Source of the DNA: a virus
Taxonomy: Duplodnaviria > Caudoviricetes
Virus record (IMG/VR): IMGVR_UViG_3300026094_000002
DNA length: 64,000 nucleotides
Direction: 5' to 3' (one strand)
Both the position numbers and the translations under genes were made by a program. This document shows positions 40,714 through 53,124 of this stretch, in pieces; the stretch's first letter is position 1, and each line of letters begins with the position of its first letter. A model generated the notes under the pieces. The model was not told the DNA's origin. It was given only the letters and a program-made list of their open reading frames with translations, and did no database searches.

Positions 40714-41793
40714 TTATTGTATATTTTGTTTAGTTTTTTCTAAACAATATCTAATAAATTCATCATGTTTATAATCATGAGAACCAGAAAGATACATCAA
40801 ATGATGAAAATTGTGTTCTAGGATAGGCAAACATTCTTTGTAAACAGTTTTTGGGCCTTTATGCAAAATATTTTCTAGTTCATTCAAAATCATTCTTGAT
40901 CTATCTTCAACACGGTGTTCTAAATCATATGATTCATCAATAATCCCATCAAATGTCTTAAACCCTATACTTCGCAAAAAATCTAAGTAACCCATTGTTG
41001 ATAGTATTAAAAAAGGCGTCATTGTGGCAATTGGTTTGATAATTTTTTCTGTTATAAGATATAATTGCTTGTACTCAGTTTCTGGTACTAGTTCAAAAAG
41101 ACTATTATTATATAAATCCATAGATGGGTTTCCATCTTGCCAACCATGAACAGTAGTTTGCTCACCTATCCAATTGTTATGTGCATCTTCGCTGTTGTTG
41201 TGCATAATTATATGAGAATTATCTAAAAGATTGTTCCGTTGTCGTAACTGATTGGCGAGAATTTTTCTATGCGGTCTACAATGTTTAACGACTGTGGTTA
41301 ATAAAAAAAATTTCGAATCATCTCCTTTTTTTATTTTTTCAGATATTGTAGGAAATCTGGAAAAATCATCTGGTAATGGTTTGATATAATTTTTAATATT
41401 TTTAAATGAGTAAAAAAAAGATTTTTTTACAAGATGCGAATCATGTATTAAAAAAATATTAGAAAAAATAATATTTTTATCTATATAAAATAATATTTTC
41501 TTAAATTTCTGCGATGTTAGAAAGATTGTATTATCTATATCTTGATATACCCATAGTTTATTTTTTTTGTTTTTTAAGAACCTGAATATTGATTTAACAC
41601 CGGCATCCGTATTAAATAAATCTTCTAACATATGACAGTCAAATACGACAAGAGCATCGATAAATTCAGGAATTAGGTAACAATTCTCATCATTATCAAA
41701 AAAATTTATATGTTGAAACTTGATTTTATTATTTTCAAATGATTTTAATAAATTTTCTTTGTTATCAGTGTCTGCTTGGACAAGTATTTCCAT
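40714..41793 (-). CDS. AT-rich glycosyltransferase-like protein
   Basis: ELVPET......TEK..KPI....PF.......L..L...GF.TF...IDESYD motif; start moved to MEIL because a separate 49-aa ORF occupies 41795-41944. Confidence 0.5.
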   Translation of the reverse strand: MEILVQADTDNKENLLKSFENNKIKFQHINFFDNDENCYLIPEFIDALVVFDCHMLEDLFNTDAGVKSIFRFLKNKKNKLWVYQDIDNTIFLTSQKFKKILFYIDKNIIFSNIFLIHDSHLVKKSFFYSFKNIKNYIKPLPDDFSRFPTISEKIKKGDDSKFFLLTTVVKHCRPHRKILANQLRQRNNLLDNSHIIMHNNSEDAHNNWIGEQTTVHGWQDGNPSMDLYNNSLFELVPETEYKQLYLITEKIIKPIATMTPFLILSTMGYLDFLRSIGFKTFDGIIDESYDLEHRVEDRSRMILNELENILHKGPKTVYKECLPILEHNFHHLMYLSGSHDYKHDEFIRYCLEKTKQNIQ

Positions 41794-42007
41794 CTCACCA
41801 CTCATTTCGCATTGCCTTAATTTCTGCTTTCCACGAACGAAGCAGTAACCGAGGAACACCAACAGCAAGTTCATATAGTGTAGTCCATACAAGAACAGGA
41901 ACAAATATGACTGCAATGTATAAACGGTTCATAATTTTTTTCATGGTTTACTCTCCTAAGAAACCAAAGTTTATAATATTATAACAGTGACACAAAAGTC
42001 AACCGTT

Positions 42008-42490
42008 TTAATTGGCTAATCTTCGTGTTTCTTCTTCTGCGGCTTTAAGTTCTTCTTCGGTGACTACACCTTCTGCCAATAATCGTTTTCTATTAGCCAA
42101 GTGTTTAGCATCAATATCTTCTTTTGCACCACCGTCATATGGGACTGCGTAACCTTCTTCAACTAAAATTTCAGTTAATAACTTATCACCAATTTTAAAG
42201 TCACCCAATACTCGCCCAAACTTGCCTCGCATATCTTCGCCTTCTTTATTCAAACGAGTACAGAGAATGACATCACCTTCTAATAATTCTCCAACCCTTT
42301 TACCAGCAAGTTTGCCAAATAGTTTTTCTACTCTGTCTAATGTTCTTGACTCTGGTGTATCAATACCCATTATGCGTACTCTTTCATCTCGCAATATGAT
42401 GTCAAATCCTAAATCAATATCAACATCAACAGTATCGCCATCTACAACATTAATTACTTTTGCCCTGTATTCGTACATGATAATCTCCAA
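42008..42490 (-). CDS. thermonuclease (SNase-like)
   Basis: VVDGDTV, VRIMGIDTPES, GKFGRVLG. Confidence 0.88.
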   Translation of the reverse strand: MEIIMYEYRAKVINVVDGDTVDVDIDLGFDIILRDERVRIMGIDTPESRTLDRVEKLFGKLAGKRVGELLEGDVILCTRLNKEGEDMRGKFGRVLGDFKIGDKLLTEILVEEGYAVPYDGGAKEDIDAKHLANRKRLLAEGVVTEEELKAAEEETRRLAN

Positions 42491-42508
42491 ATTATCATGT
42501 ACTTATCT

Positions 42509-43522
42509 TTAAATATAAATTGTCTCTGCTGGCTGAATTTGTCTCACATCATAGAAAAACAAATCTACAGACGGGATCTTGTCTCTGGACATTTTATGTA
42601 TAACAAAATCAACGCTTTCTTTTGAAAAAAAGTAATCTAAAAATGGACGCAGACGGTTTGAACGCTCACACCATATTCTATAGACATATTTTTCCTCATC
42701 CACCCAAAAATAACTTGCACCTGAATGTGAACTTCCGTTCCCACCACTTTTTCCTCTGGATGTTTTCAATACAGGGTAAAGTGTTTTAGCAATAGGCACC
42801 ATATCATTTTTATACGCTGACTTTTCTGAACGATAATGTGATTGTAGATGTTCTAATTTTAAATCTTCATCATAAAAATCTGGGATAGTTACCAACAAAG
42901 GAAAACAAGCAGAATTAACCGTTTTAGCAGAGAGGTCTTCTCTTAAAAGTCTCATCATCTTTTTTCTTGTGTCACTAACATCACCAGATTTTAATGCTGC
43001 CACCGTGAATTTACTTTCAAAGTGTTTTCTAATATCATCTGCTTTTTCTTTTGCAGCATTACTAGGGTTGTGAAAATGCTTCTCAAGTTCAGAGTCGCCA
43101 ATGTCCAGTGTACCAGATAGCAAAAATCCTTCCAGTATCTGAACAATTTCTACATTGCCAATTTGTTTATTCTTCAACTCACAGATAATAGCAAGAAGAT
43201 CAGATGGAAAAGTGAATTTTCTCAGTGGAGTACCCACATCAAATATATCAAATGGCCAGTCTATTGTTGCATCAATACTTGCATCTCCAGCACTCAAATC
43301 TATGCAATCGATGTCAATTGTAATATCATCATCACTAAACAATGCATCAGATATATCAATCGTGTTTTCTATCTGGTTGTTTGTTAGAGTCAGGGTTCCA
43401 AATTCTGTCCCACCCTTTTTTGTATTTGTCATCATCTGCACCTTTTCTTCGTTGATCACCTTTGCCACCTTCCCATTTACCGCCCATCTTTGTTGTCCTC
43501 TTGTTCTTTGTCTATACGCCAA
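42509..43522 (-). CDS. hypothetical protein
   Basis: 337 aa ORF. Confidence 0.55.
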   Translation of the reverse strand: MAYRQRTRGQQRWAVNGKVAKVINEEKVQMMTNTKKGGTEFGTLTLTNNQIENTIDISDALFSDDDITIDIDCIDLSAGDASIDATIDWPFDIFDVGTPLRKFTFPSDLLAIICELKNKQIGNVEIVQILEGFLLSGTLDIGDSELEKHFHNPSNAAKEKADDIRKHFESKFTVAALKSGDVSDTRKKMMRLLREDLSAKTVNSACFPLLVTIPDFYDEDLKLEHLQSHYRSEKSAYKNDMVPIAKTLYPVLKTSRGKSGGNGSSHSGASYFWVDEEKYVYRIWCERSNRLRPFLDYFFSKESVDFVIHKMSRDKIPSVDLFFYDVRQIQPAETIYI

Positions 43523-46500
43523 TCTGGGCCAAGCGATACGAATACATTTTTACCAAGAACACATTGATACATTTTTGTAGATTCAACATATAACATTTCT
43601 AATATAGATGATTCGTTTATTTTGATAACCAATTTTTGTTTTGGTTCAAACTCCAGAATATCACCATTTTTGTCTATGTCATGCGTTAGATTTCTAACAA
43701 CGCAGCGGGATTCATTACCTATTGACCAAGCCATACTAATCCCAAAGTGCCCTAAAATATTTTCCAAACATTTTTAGGCCATAATCCACACGCTCCGAAT
43801 ATGCATCATATCCTTCTTTGTCAAAATGTCTAGTATCATTAGGACCTTTGTCCATTCTGTAATAAATTATGCCGTCATAGTCGTCATCAACTTCGTTGCC
43901 TTTTACATCAACTTTGGTCCATATAAGATCACTTTCTCCAGTAAAAAACTCTTCTTCGCCGGGCATGTCTTCGGAAATTTCTCTAAAACTCCAGATCATA
44001 GCGTCTAGAACGTAATCCCAGCGTTCAAAATGCTTGTCGTCTACTTCGCCATTTTCTTTCTGCTTTTTGGTAAGTTTGTCGCCATGCAATTTCTTGGGCA
44101 CGTCTTCTAAATCAACAAACGGAGCACCCTGTTTGGTTACGCGTAACTGCTCTAAAACAGGTAGAATAATGTGAGAAAGGGTTTCGTTTGCATTCCAAAC
44201 GTCCCATGGATCTACATGCACTCGTACTTTTTGCTTACGTCGACTCTGAATCAGGTTGATGGTATAATGCAGTACATTCTGCCATCCATCCAGGAACTTC
44301 AATACTGTTCGATCTAACCAATCGTGTTCGCTATCATTGACTTGCCAGTCATACTTACCGTGACGCCACTCTAGGTATCGTTTTTCTATACGCTGGGTGT
44401 TGAACCAGTGCACGTGTTTACCTATGGTCGCTTTCATTCTTCTAATCCTGCATCAACTCGTTGTAAGTATAACTGATACTCTTGTTGATTTATCTTATCA
44501 ACTTCATCTTGCAAAGACTCTCCATGAAACTTTTGAAATTCAGATATCTGCTCTTCTACTGACGTCCATAGGTTGCCTTTTATTTTACTTCCGTGTTTTT
44601 CTAACCATTCTTCATAGGTTAATGTTTTGTTCATTTTTCAAATACCTTCTCAATTGTTCTGTGTATTCTATTTCGCGTTCGCGTTCGGGAGACTGAATCC
44701 ACTTGTCTACATCAACATATATATCGCCGTCATGCGATACCTGAACATAATCAGGATATTTGTTTCTTTTAGTTTTCATGTTTTGGAACCATTTAATTTA
44801 CCAACTCCCATAGGAAAGGTCTTGGTTATATTTTTCATAATTGCCTCAATAAATTATTGTGCTAGACTGAGCACGGTAAGATACTTTTCATATGCATCTT
44901 TCACAGCAGGATTTTCATTTCTAACACGACTTTCGTGTTCGTGTTGGTCAATTATTAGATCTATGCTTTTTCCAAAGTGTTTTCTAATCCACGTATCATG
45001 TTCCACAAGAGCATGAAACTGTGCTTGTGGCATGTGAATTGCGACCATTTGTTCATATTCAATATCTAGAGCAGGATCTGTAATTGCTTCTCTATCACTA
45101 AAAGTTACGCCAGTGTTTTTGACCTTATTAACGCGATAGGGGCTTTCTTCTACACGAGCACGATATTTTTTGGAAAAATTTTTAATAGTATCACCCATCA
45201 CTTTCTACTTTCTTTATTGCTTTGTTAAGTGTGTTAGCATAGTTTAATGCTTGTTGCCGAGAAAGAAAAATGCTTGACTCATATTTTACATAACCACGGA
45301 ATAGAATATTCCAAATCAACCGACTGCGACGCACAGTTTCATTTAGAATGTATGCAGCCCAACTCCACACCCAATAGAGTGCTTCATTATCTACCCGAGG
45401 ATTTTGTTCAACAGTTGTACTCCAAAAGTCGGTTGATACTTCTGTAGTGATATCAACTGAAATCTGTTTTGTTTCTCGGTCTGCTTCTATCCAAATGCTG
45501 TGATAATGATCCTTTGATCCGCAATCACATTCAACTTCATACCACACAGCATCACCATAATCTTTTTTCTTCAAAATGCCTTCGGCGGGTGTTTCACTCT
45601 TCATGATGTTGCCTTTTTTTGTTTTTCCTGACCACACAGTTTTGCCATTAAGACAAATTCTTCATAGGCTTTCTTAACACTCTCGTTGGATAACATTTCG
45701 TCAACCAGAAATTCCAACTCTGATATTGCTGCTTGAGCAACCTCGTGTGGGCTTGGATGTTGCAACCCAACTAAATCATTTCCAAATGCCTCTTTCATAT
45801 TGTCCCATGCTTCTTTCTGCATTGCAGTCACTGGCGTATGACTTGATTTTGCATAACTGTTTTCTACCAGTTCAACGATAATAGCATCACGGGCATATTC
45901 TAACGCAGCAATAACTGCGGCATTATCTGGATCAATGTGATAGCGTGTTGCACCACGACCGGGGGCTACGCGAATCAAGTGTGCACCGTAAGGCAAACTT
46001 TCCATTACATTGCTATCATAATGTGAAACAGGAACAAAATCTCCGTTTTCATCTTTCTTATAATAGGTTTCTTGAATCATTAGACTTCCTTTACATCACC
46101 GTTTTCATCAATTTTTGTATCTTCATACGGTGCTGCAATACGCCGGTATAACTCAAGTTTACAACCCTCTAATGCACCAATACAATCATTGACGTTCTGG
46201 TAATTTAATCCTTTATCTCTGAGATAATTTTGAACAACCACTGTAAAAATATAGTTCAGTTCTCCAGCGTTATCACAACAGTATCCCAAATTTTTTGGCA
46301 AATCTCTGAATATGTCACGCTGTTCTTTTTTAATATAAGGCATTGTTCAACCTATAATTTTGTCATCAATAAAAATTTTCAATGTGTTATTATCGTCTTG
46401 TAGAGAATACTTTGGAATTTCTCTCTTGTCAAGATACCTTACATAACTTCTTTCATCGGCATCAATAACCTCAAGACGATTAATGCCCGACATTGCATTT

Positions 46501-48728
46501 AATTCTTCACCATCAAAGATAGCATTATGGATTGACATATATCCACAGTCTAAACCTCTGCCGTACATTCCAGTGTCAAAACCAAATACTTGGTAAAGTG
46601 TATGACGATAGGAACCTCTGTCCTGACCATCTGCCTTCCAGATTCTCTTACACACTGCGTAGAAGGCGTCTTCTCTTTCTTTCTCGGTAAGACCTTCCCA
46701 CCACGCATCGTTCTGTTTTTCGTATTCATCTTTCGCTGCTTGTATTTCTTCACTTATGTCGGTGAATTTTTGCAGTATATCATCTTTTTCAGTTGTCATT
46801 TTCTCCATCCAATGTGTTTAAATTACGGCTTCTACCAAATTATAAACCAGCAAGTCTTCCATATTTTTAAGGTCATCTACCAAAGATATATCATTGAAGT
46901 AGACCGTGACATTACCCCACTGTGATACATCAGGGACAAGTTTTGTGTCTCGGCTGCTTATAGCACGGCGAGTTTCGTCAAGCGGTGGTTTATCATTCAC
47001 TGTTGTTCGGTGTGGGCAGCAGGTTTCTGGTTTTAGCACAACATATGACTGCACACTAACACGATAACGGTATTGATTGTAGAAAAATTTACTTGGGTGT
47101 ACCGCTTTTATCTTCATTATTCATATAATTTATTGGATTATATACTTCCGTGATACTTTTATGCACAGATTCTAACCACTTTTCATAAACTTGGCTACCT
47201 AATTCTGCTTGCTTTTCAGATGGTATAAAGAGTTCTTTTGCTTCATCTGTTGTCAAATCTAATTCAATATTAATTTTCATTTTTTAATCCTTTCTGGTTT
47301 ATAACCAATTTCGGTAATTGCGTTTTCAACAATTATATCATTAGTCCATCCAACATTTATAGGCTCATCTTCTCTAAACTGCTTAATTGCTTCTTCTAGT
47401 GTAACCTCACGCGAACTAACAATTGTTTCGCCAAGATGTTTCTGTGTAAATTCTTTGACATCTTCGCAAACTACGGAATCTTCTGCATATTCAATCGGAT
47501 CGCATTCAGCATCATCGGGAACTTCTACAACATAACGCATACGAAACTGTGAAATTGCGTCAACCATTACATACTTGCTCATTTTTTAACCTCTTAAATT
47601 GTTGTTAAGCATTAGATTCTTCAAAACAGTTAAACCCAGATTGATGTTCAAAGGTAAGCAGTCCAAATCTTTCTGAACGTGGGTTTCTGCAATATCCATA
47701 ATCATCGTCTATACGGTCATACCAGATACAACCACAACTACAATCTGGATATTCTAAATTTTTGTTTTCCCAACGATCAATATCTCCACCGTACTCGGCA
47801 TAATCTGTGGGTTTCGCTTCTGTATTGACATCATTCATCTTTGACAAATTTTCCATCTTTTACTCGGTATACCTCGCATCCATTCAGAGACGAACGGATA
47901 TAGGTTCTTCCACCATCAATTGTGTTACCATTTTCAAATTGTTTATAGTCATGATGGCTCCGTGAATATTCTAAATCACCATCATCATTTTCTACTAAGC
48001 CAAACTCGAACTCTTCCACTCCATCAGCATTAGTAATCATTACCTGCCCATCGGGATGATAATATAAGCCAAAATAACGATTACCAAACTCTGGATGTGG
48101 TGTTTCACGGTAAAAAACATCTGCAGGTGTGTCACTGAGAGAAAGATCAGTGGTGCATACATACTGTACAGACACACCGTCTTTTTTAGTATAATGCTCA
48201 ACTACCTTTTCAGTTGGAAATACTGGATCATGTTTAATCATTTTTTCAACACCTGCATAAGAGTTTCGTTTTCTTGTTCTACTTCTTCTCGTGCATCATG
48301 CCAGTTATCAGAACAAAACACGAATAACCCATATAAGATTCCACCCAAGAAACAAACCAGTGGCACAATATAAAATAGGGCCAACACCACATGAGCAAGA
48401 GTATATCCCCACAGTGTCGCAGCAAAATGCGTTAATGAAATTGTTCCCAAAACTGTAGCAGTAGTAAGAACAGGCTTTGCAATCTTTTGAAGAAACCGTT
48501 TTTGTACTCTAGTCATAATTACCAAGTCCCCGGGTCTGTGATATCTTTTTCTTTCAGTATGTCTGTGTTAATATCTTCAACCGTTGCTATCAAAACATCT
48601 GGGCCTATTCCGGTCAAGTTGTCTTTTGACCGAAGCCACATGTACCGTGCTTTATCATTTTCTTGAAGCAAATCGTACATTTTTTCTACTTGCTCTCGTG
48701 AAAGTAACATTTTATGGATATCTTTCAT
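43477..48728 (-). other. run of small/medium hypothetical ORFs (43477, 43736, 44434, 44854, 45191, 45601, 46080, 46347, 46818, 47089, 47277, 47605, 47831, 48238, 48519)
   Basis: Overlapping stop/start coupling throughout; no recognisable catalytic motifs. Confidence 0.55.
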
Positions 48729-48748
48729 TGTCTATTTCCTCTATTAAA

Positions 48749-49366
48749 TTATGCAGGACCGGAAGTCAAAACTTTTTTCGCAATCGTTTTTTCAATTCCG
48801 GGATTAATGTGCTTTACATGCGGGACACATACATGCCTGACATAATTTCTGGTATATCGCATTTCACTATTGCTGGAATCTTCAACATACGGCACATTGT
48901 GTCGCTCAGCCCACTGTCTAAAAACACGCTTGGGTGTAAGACGAAATGGACGAATAACTGTGTTTAGACGATTCCACGGAATGATTTTTGGAATGCCATG
49001 CATTGCTGACCAAATCCAAGTCTCAATACAATCATCAAGATGGTGACAGGTGACAACTGGCAAATCGGTATCTTCAGATACGGCATCAATAATACGATAG
49101 CGTTCGTTACGCCAGTGTTCTTCTGGACTTTTATCATCTGGTCGGTTTGGGTTGTCAATATGTCTGACAATAACCTCAATGTCATTTTCCTGACAATAAT
49201 TGACCACACAATCTTGCATTGCAGTTGCTTGAACAGTGCCGTGATTGACATAGAGCACAACAACCTCGTGCTTTCGCTGCAAGAAGTCTAACGCACTCAT
49301 AGAGTCAACGCCGCCGGAACAGGCGAGAATGAATTTGTGTGGTAGTTGACCTTGAAGTTTAATCAT
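48749..49366 (-). CDS. tilS: tRNA(Ile)-lysidine synthetase, compact N-terminal-domain form
   Basis: SGGVDS PP-loop, VNHG, R..RY, HHLDD..ET, RP, EDSSN...YTRN.VR. Confidence 0.9.
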   Translation of the reverse strand: MIKLQGQLPHKFILACSGGVDSMSALDFLQRKHEVVVLYVNHGTVQATAMQDCVVNYCQENDIEVIVRHIDNPNRPDDKSPEEHWRNERYRIIDAVSEDTDLPVVTCHHLDDCIETWIWSAMHGIPKIIPWNRLNTVIRPFRLTPKRVFRQWAERHNVPYVEDSSNSEMRYTRNYVRHVCVPHVKHINPGIEKTIAKKVLTSGPA

Positions 49367-49426
49367 TATCCAGTTTTACAATGTGGCTACTTTCATACAG
49401 TAGGCTACATCATGTAAAACAGAATG

Positions 49427-49768
49427 TCAAGCGGTTTCTTTTGTTCCGTTATCGCTGATAATTTTTTCTAAGGTAAGATAAGGTATGCGTTCATTTGGTA
49501 CATATCTCCAGTAGTGTTTTACATCAACACTGTCTGGTTCCGTCCTATATGTTCCAAAAACTGTGGTAGTGATTCCAATTCTAATAATAACAGCGGGAGT
49601 ACCGTCTAAAATAACTTGATCACCTTCATTGAAATTTTTATCAAGTTTAAAAGCAAGTCCTTTTGCCATTTTGGTTGCTAAGTCTCTAAACCAAAGTGTT
49701 AGTACTAATATAAAAAGACCTGTTAGATACGGTGCTATAAGTTGTTCTAACTCTGCAGTATCAGGCAT
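49427..49768 (-). CDS. MscS-like small membrane protein
   Basis: One TM helix then FNEGDQVILDG..A.I.RIG..TT.F and VPNERI (MscS beta-domain pattern). Confidence 0.6.
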   Translation of the reverse strand: MPDTAELEQLIAPYLTGLFILVLTLWFRDLATKMAKGLAFKLDKNFNEGDQVILDGTPAVIIRIGITTTVFGTYRTEPDSVDVKHYWRYVPNERIPYLTLEKIISDNGTKETA

Positions 49769-49807
49769 ATTTCGCTCCTATATGCCTTATTTATGTAATA
49801 TTATCTA

Positions 49808-51547
49808 TTAATTGTCTTCACCAAACAATTCGTCAATCTCTTCTTGCAATTTTTCTTTGGCTGCATCCTCATCATAAGCATATACATTGTCAATGCTTAT
49901 AGTTGGCTCTGAAATACTGGTAAGTGCATCTAGTATGTCACCCCAGTCACCAAATTGAGAAACATTTATGGGGCGATCATCGGTGAGGGACTCCATAAAA
50001 TCTAACATAAGTTCAATAGATAATCTAAGTTGATATTTTTCAGAACCTTCTGTTTGTACGAAACCATTGTCTCTTAACCACTCACCTAGGTACTTTTCTG
50101 CTTTCGCAGTTGTACCAGAATATATTCCATCAAACAAGGCACTCATAAACATACGACGAATATCCAATGATTCTTCTATCATATCTTCAAAACTGTCAAT
50201 ATCAGCCGTTTCACCGGCATCTTCTCTTGCATATTTTTCGATTTTTTCTTGAACATCCTCGTCTAATTCGTCGTATAACTCTTTTGCATAGCCATCTTCG
50301 CCGAGTGTGCCATCAACCATATTGCTTATGTTTTGATAAGTGTCTGAATCTTCAAAAATATCTATAAGATCTGAAACTGTTCTATCAACTGAAAATTGAT
50401 TACTAATATCGATTAATTCGGAAAATTCACCAATAACAATATATGAATCTTCTCCATTTTTAACTATATCTTCATAATCTAGTTCAGAACTTCGTAATTG
50501 AGATTCAAACGCATTTATGACTTCCTCACTCATTCCCTGTTTTTCATAAATTGCAACTAAACCGCCCAATGCAGGTTTTGCATCTAATAATTTTTCGGCA
50601 ACACCATCGTCTAAATCTTCCATCTCAAAGTTATTTTCAGGCAAATAACCACCGCCTTTGATGCCTTTTACAAAATCTTTTTGTAGTAAATCAATTATAT
50701 ACGGATGATATTTCTCGCTGGGTTTGTCATTACCACGCCCTTTCATTTCTCCCAAATACCCGTTCTGGTCCAAAATAAAGGTAAGATGTGGCTTTTGTTT
50801 TGTTTCACCGACTTTTGAGCGGAAACTTAATATACGATCTCCACCAGACGGTGCACCTGTGTTGCCACAATGACCCATTGCTCTGCCTTCTATTTCACAA
50901 TATTCTCTGTCTAATTTAACCCAAGCGTATTTGCCGTAATCAATAATGATTTGGTCGTCAGGTTCAGGTTCAATTTCCTCACGCTGTTTTTGTTCCCACT
51001 CTCTTTCTGCTTCTTGTAATCGTCTAATAAGTTCAGTTGGATCAAGATTTGCTTCCCATTCTACTGCATTAACTTGGGGAGATTGCTCAAACATGGTAGA
51101 CCAGTGATTCCCTAAAGCTAAAACATTAAATGCACCTTGAAACTCTATTAAATTACTAGTGTTATTAACATAAAAGTCAAAATTTTTTTTGGTTATTTTT
51201 TTATACAGATTTTCTAATTGTTGAACTTGTTGTTTAAGCTCTTCCGCTGATTGTGGTGCGTCTGTACCAGCATCTCTATCAGATTGCACAAACTGCCATT
51301 TATTTTCCAATTCTTGTATTTTTGCATCAATAACTTCACCGGTCTCTTTTATTCTCCACCAGCGAAGCCACCAGATGATACGATCTGCTCTTTTAAGAAG
51401 AGTTCTTACTTCTTTTAGTTTCTCATTGGCTCTTTCTTGACTGATAATATCAGCATTCACCATGGTATCCATGATTTGCTTGTATTGCTGCTTATTCTCA
51501 AACAGGTGTGGCTTTATTATAAATTTGGAAAATTCTTGAAATCTCAT
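49808..51547 (-). CDS. large acidic hypothetical protein with PcfJ-like domain
   Basis: EG.AMGHC, RILSFR, PHLT, EMKGRGNDKP; TAAATA upstream. Confidence 0.6.
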   Translation of the reverse strand: MRFQEFSKFIIKPHLFENKQQYKQIMDTMVNADIISQERANEKLKEVRTLLKRADRIIWWLRWWRIKETGEVIDAKIQELENKWQFVQSDRDAGTDAPQSAEELKQQVQQLENLYKKITKKNFDFYVNNTSNLIEFQGAFNVLALGNHWSTMFEQSPQVNAVEWEANLDPTELIRRLQEAEREWEQKQREEIEPEPDDQIIIDYGKYAWVKLDREYCEIEGRAMGHCGNTGAPSGGDRILSFRSKVGETKQKPHLTFILDQNGYLGEMKGRGNDKPSEKYHPYIIDLLQKDFVKGIKGGGYLPENNFEMEDLDDGVAEKLLDAKPALGGLVAIYEKQGMSEEVINAFESQLRSSELDYEDIVKNGEDSYIVIGEFSELIDISNQFSVDRTVSDLIDIFEDSDTYQNISNMVDGTLGEDGYAKELYDELDEDVQEKIEKYAREDAGETADIDSFEDMIEESLDIRRMFMSALFDGIYSGTTAKAEKYLGEWLRDNGFVQTEGSEKYQLRLSIELMLDFMESLTDDRPINVSQFGDWGDILDALTSISEPTISIDNVYAYDEDAAKEKLQEEIDELFGEDN

Positions 51548-51620
51548 AATTTTAATTGTAGTTTATAAAGTATTTATTTTAAAGCAGAAGTTAATATCCG
51601 AATTACACCTAAATAAAAGT

Positions 51621-52013
51621 ATGAGATCGTTCGCAACTGTACTATTATTAGCCACCATAACTGGTTGCTCAACAATAAAAATTCCAAGTTTTTGGGATCC
51701 AAATCAAGCAGAGTCTATTGTTGATATTCAAATTGCAGTTAATAATGTTGATTGTGATAATCTAAAACAAAATCAAATAACGGCAATAACAGATGAAATA
51801 GAATGGTTCCAAACATACAGCAAGAGTTCCGGTTGGAGACACCAAGATGTTCTACAATTAATCCAACCACTTGATGAAACAGTAGAAGCATTTGAAAACA
51901 GATTTGAGAAAGAGAATTCTATCAATCCTGTATATTGCAATTTGAAAAAGCGAAATATGCAACAACAGAGTGGTAGAGCAGCCGAAGCAATATTAGGGAG
52001 ATTTAAACTATGA
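51621..52013 (+). CDS. lipoprotein
   Basis: Lipobox ITGC. Confidence 0.65.
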   Translation: MRSFATVLLLATITGCSTIKIPSFWDPNQAESIVDIQIAVNNVDCDNLKQNQITAITDEIEWFQTYSKSSGWRHQDVLQLIQPLDETVEAFENRFEKENSINPVYCNLKKRNMQQQSGRAAEAILGRFKL

Positions 52014-52252
52014 GTGCAATGGATCAATTAGAAGAAGTAATGACTTCAGAGAAACGCTGGGCAAGAGAAAGAGCCGAAGTTGCCAAGGCTATTCATCAAC
52101 AATATCGTAGAGGAAATCTCACTGACTCTGAGTATAAAGAACTATTAGAAGATTTAATCAGAACAGATAGATTAGATCAAGATGGCGACGATATGGAATT
52201 ACGCAGCAACTTAGTGTCGGCTGTCAACGGATTATTAAAAGTAATTGGCTAA
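52010..52252 (+). CDS. hypothetical protein
   Basis: ATGA-coupled to the lipoprotein. Confidence 0.55.
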   Translation: MSAMDQLEEVMTSEKRWARERAEVAKAIHQQYRRGNLTDSEYKELLEDLIRTDRLDQDGDDMELRSNLVSAVNGLLKVIG

Positions 52253-52578
52253 CTAGATTTTTTACCAACGTAGGCTTCTTTGCCATAAAAAGCAGCAACA
52301 ATAGCAGCCACAGAGACAAAATAAGTTGGTGCCATATCTCCCAAAATGTCAGGTGCTTTATCAAGACCCAAAAGATTAGCAACTACCACAGCGAACGGAT
52401 ATAAGAGCATTCCACTCAAACTAAACCAAGCCATTTTTCTTTGGGCATCAGATTTTTCATCTTCGTTTTCCAGTTCAATTAGTTTTTCGTAATGAACTAA
52501 TTCTTGTTCTGTGATTTTGCCATCTTTGTTTAAATCAGCAAATTCTTGGAATGAGTTTTTATAAGATTTTTTTGACAA
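52249..52578 (-). CDS. small membrane protein with EF-hand-like loop (holin candidate)
   Basis: DLNKDGKITEQE plus two TM helices and a basic tail. Confidence 0.5.
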   Translation of the reverse strand: MSKKSYKNSFQEFADLNKDGKITEQELVHYEKLIELENEDEKSDAQRKMAWFSLSGMLLYPFAVVVANLLGLDKAPDILGDMAPTYFVSVAAIVAAFYGKEAYVGKKSS

Positions 52579-52608
52579 CTTGAGTCTCCTACTGACTCAA
52601 GTATTTAT

Positions 52609-53076
52609 TCAAAAAGCATCTGCCACTGATGATGCAGCCCATGCTTCTGGTTTTACTTTAGCATCAACTTGACACATACCTCGAATATATCCCAATGCTT
52701 CAGTTATAATTGCAGAACTTTTATGCTCTTTTTCTGGATTAATATCAAGATGTATCTCAATGTCTTTGTCTAAACAATTGTCAACATTATCAATCAAATC
52801 AAGATATAATTGTGATACTTTATACACTTCGGTCATTAAACGAAGACTGGGTTTCTTTTTGTCTAATCCCTTGGCTTCTTCAACCGAGTTTTCATAAAAC
52901 AATTTCCCACCGTGCTTGCTATCGATATGCACAACAATGGCTGTAGTATAAGAAATCATTGGTTTTCGTTCGCTATTGTGAAATACCCGACTATCACAAC
53001 CTACATACAATCGTGTTTCTGGACCACAAGTTTCTAAAAATTTATCGATGTTGTTGAAGTCTATTTTGGTTGTCAC
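52609..53076 (-). CDS. RNase H-like YkuK-family protein
   Basis: YVGCDS, RL.TEV, EIHLDIN, KP.AWAASSVAD. Confidence 0.82.
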   Translation of the reverse strand: MTTKIDFNNIDKFLETCGPETRLYVGCDSRVFHNSERKPMISYTTAIVVHIDSKHGGKLFYENSVEEAKGLDKKKPSLRLMTEVYKVSQLYLDLIDNVDNCLDKDIEIHLDINPEKEHKSSAIITEALGYIRGMCQVDAKVKPEAWAASSVADAF

Positions 53077-53124
53077 AAATATTCCTTTGCCATACTTAAA
53101 GAATTTTGGTAATGCTAAAAAGTT

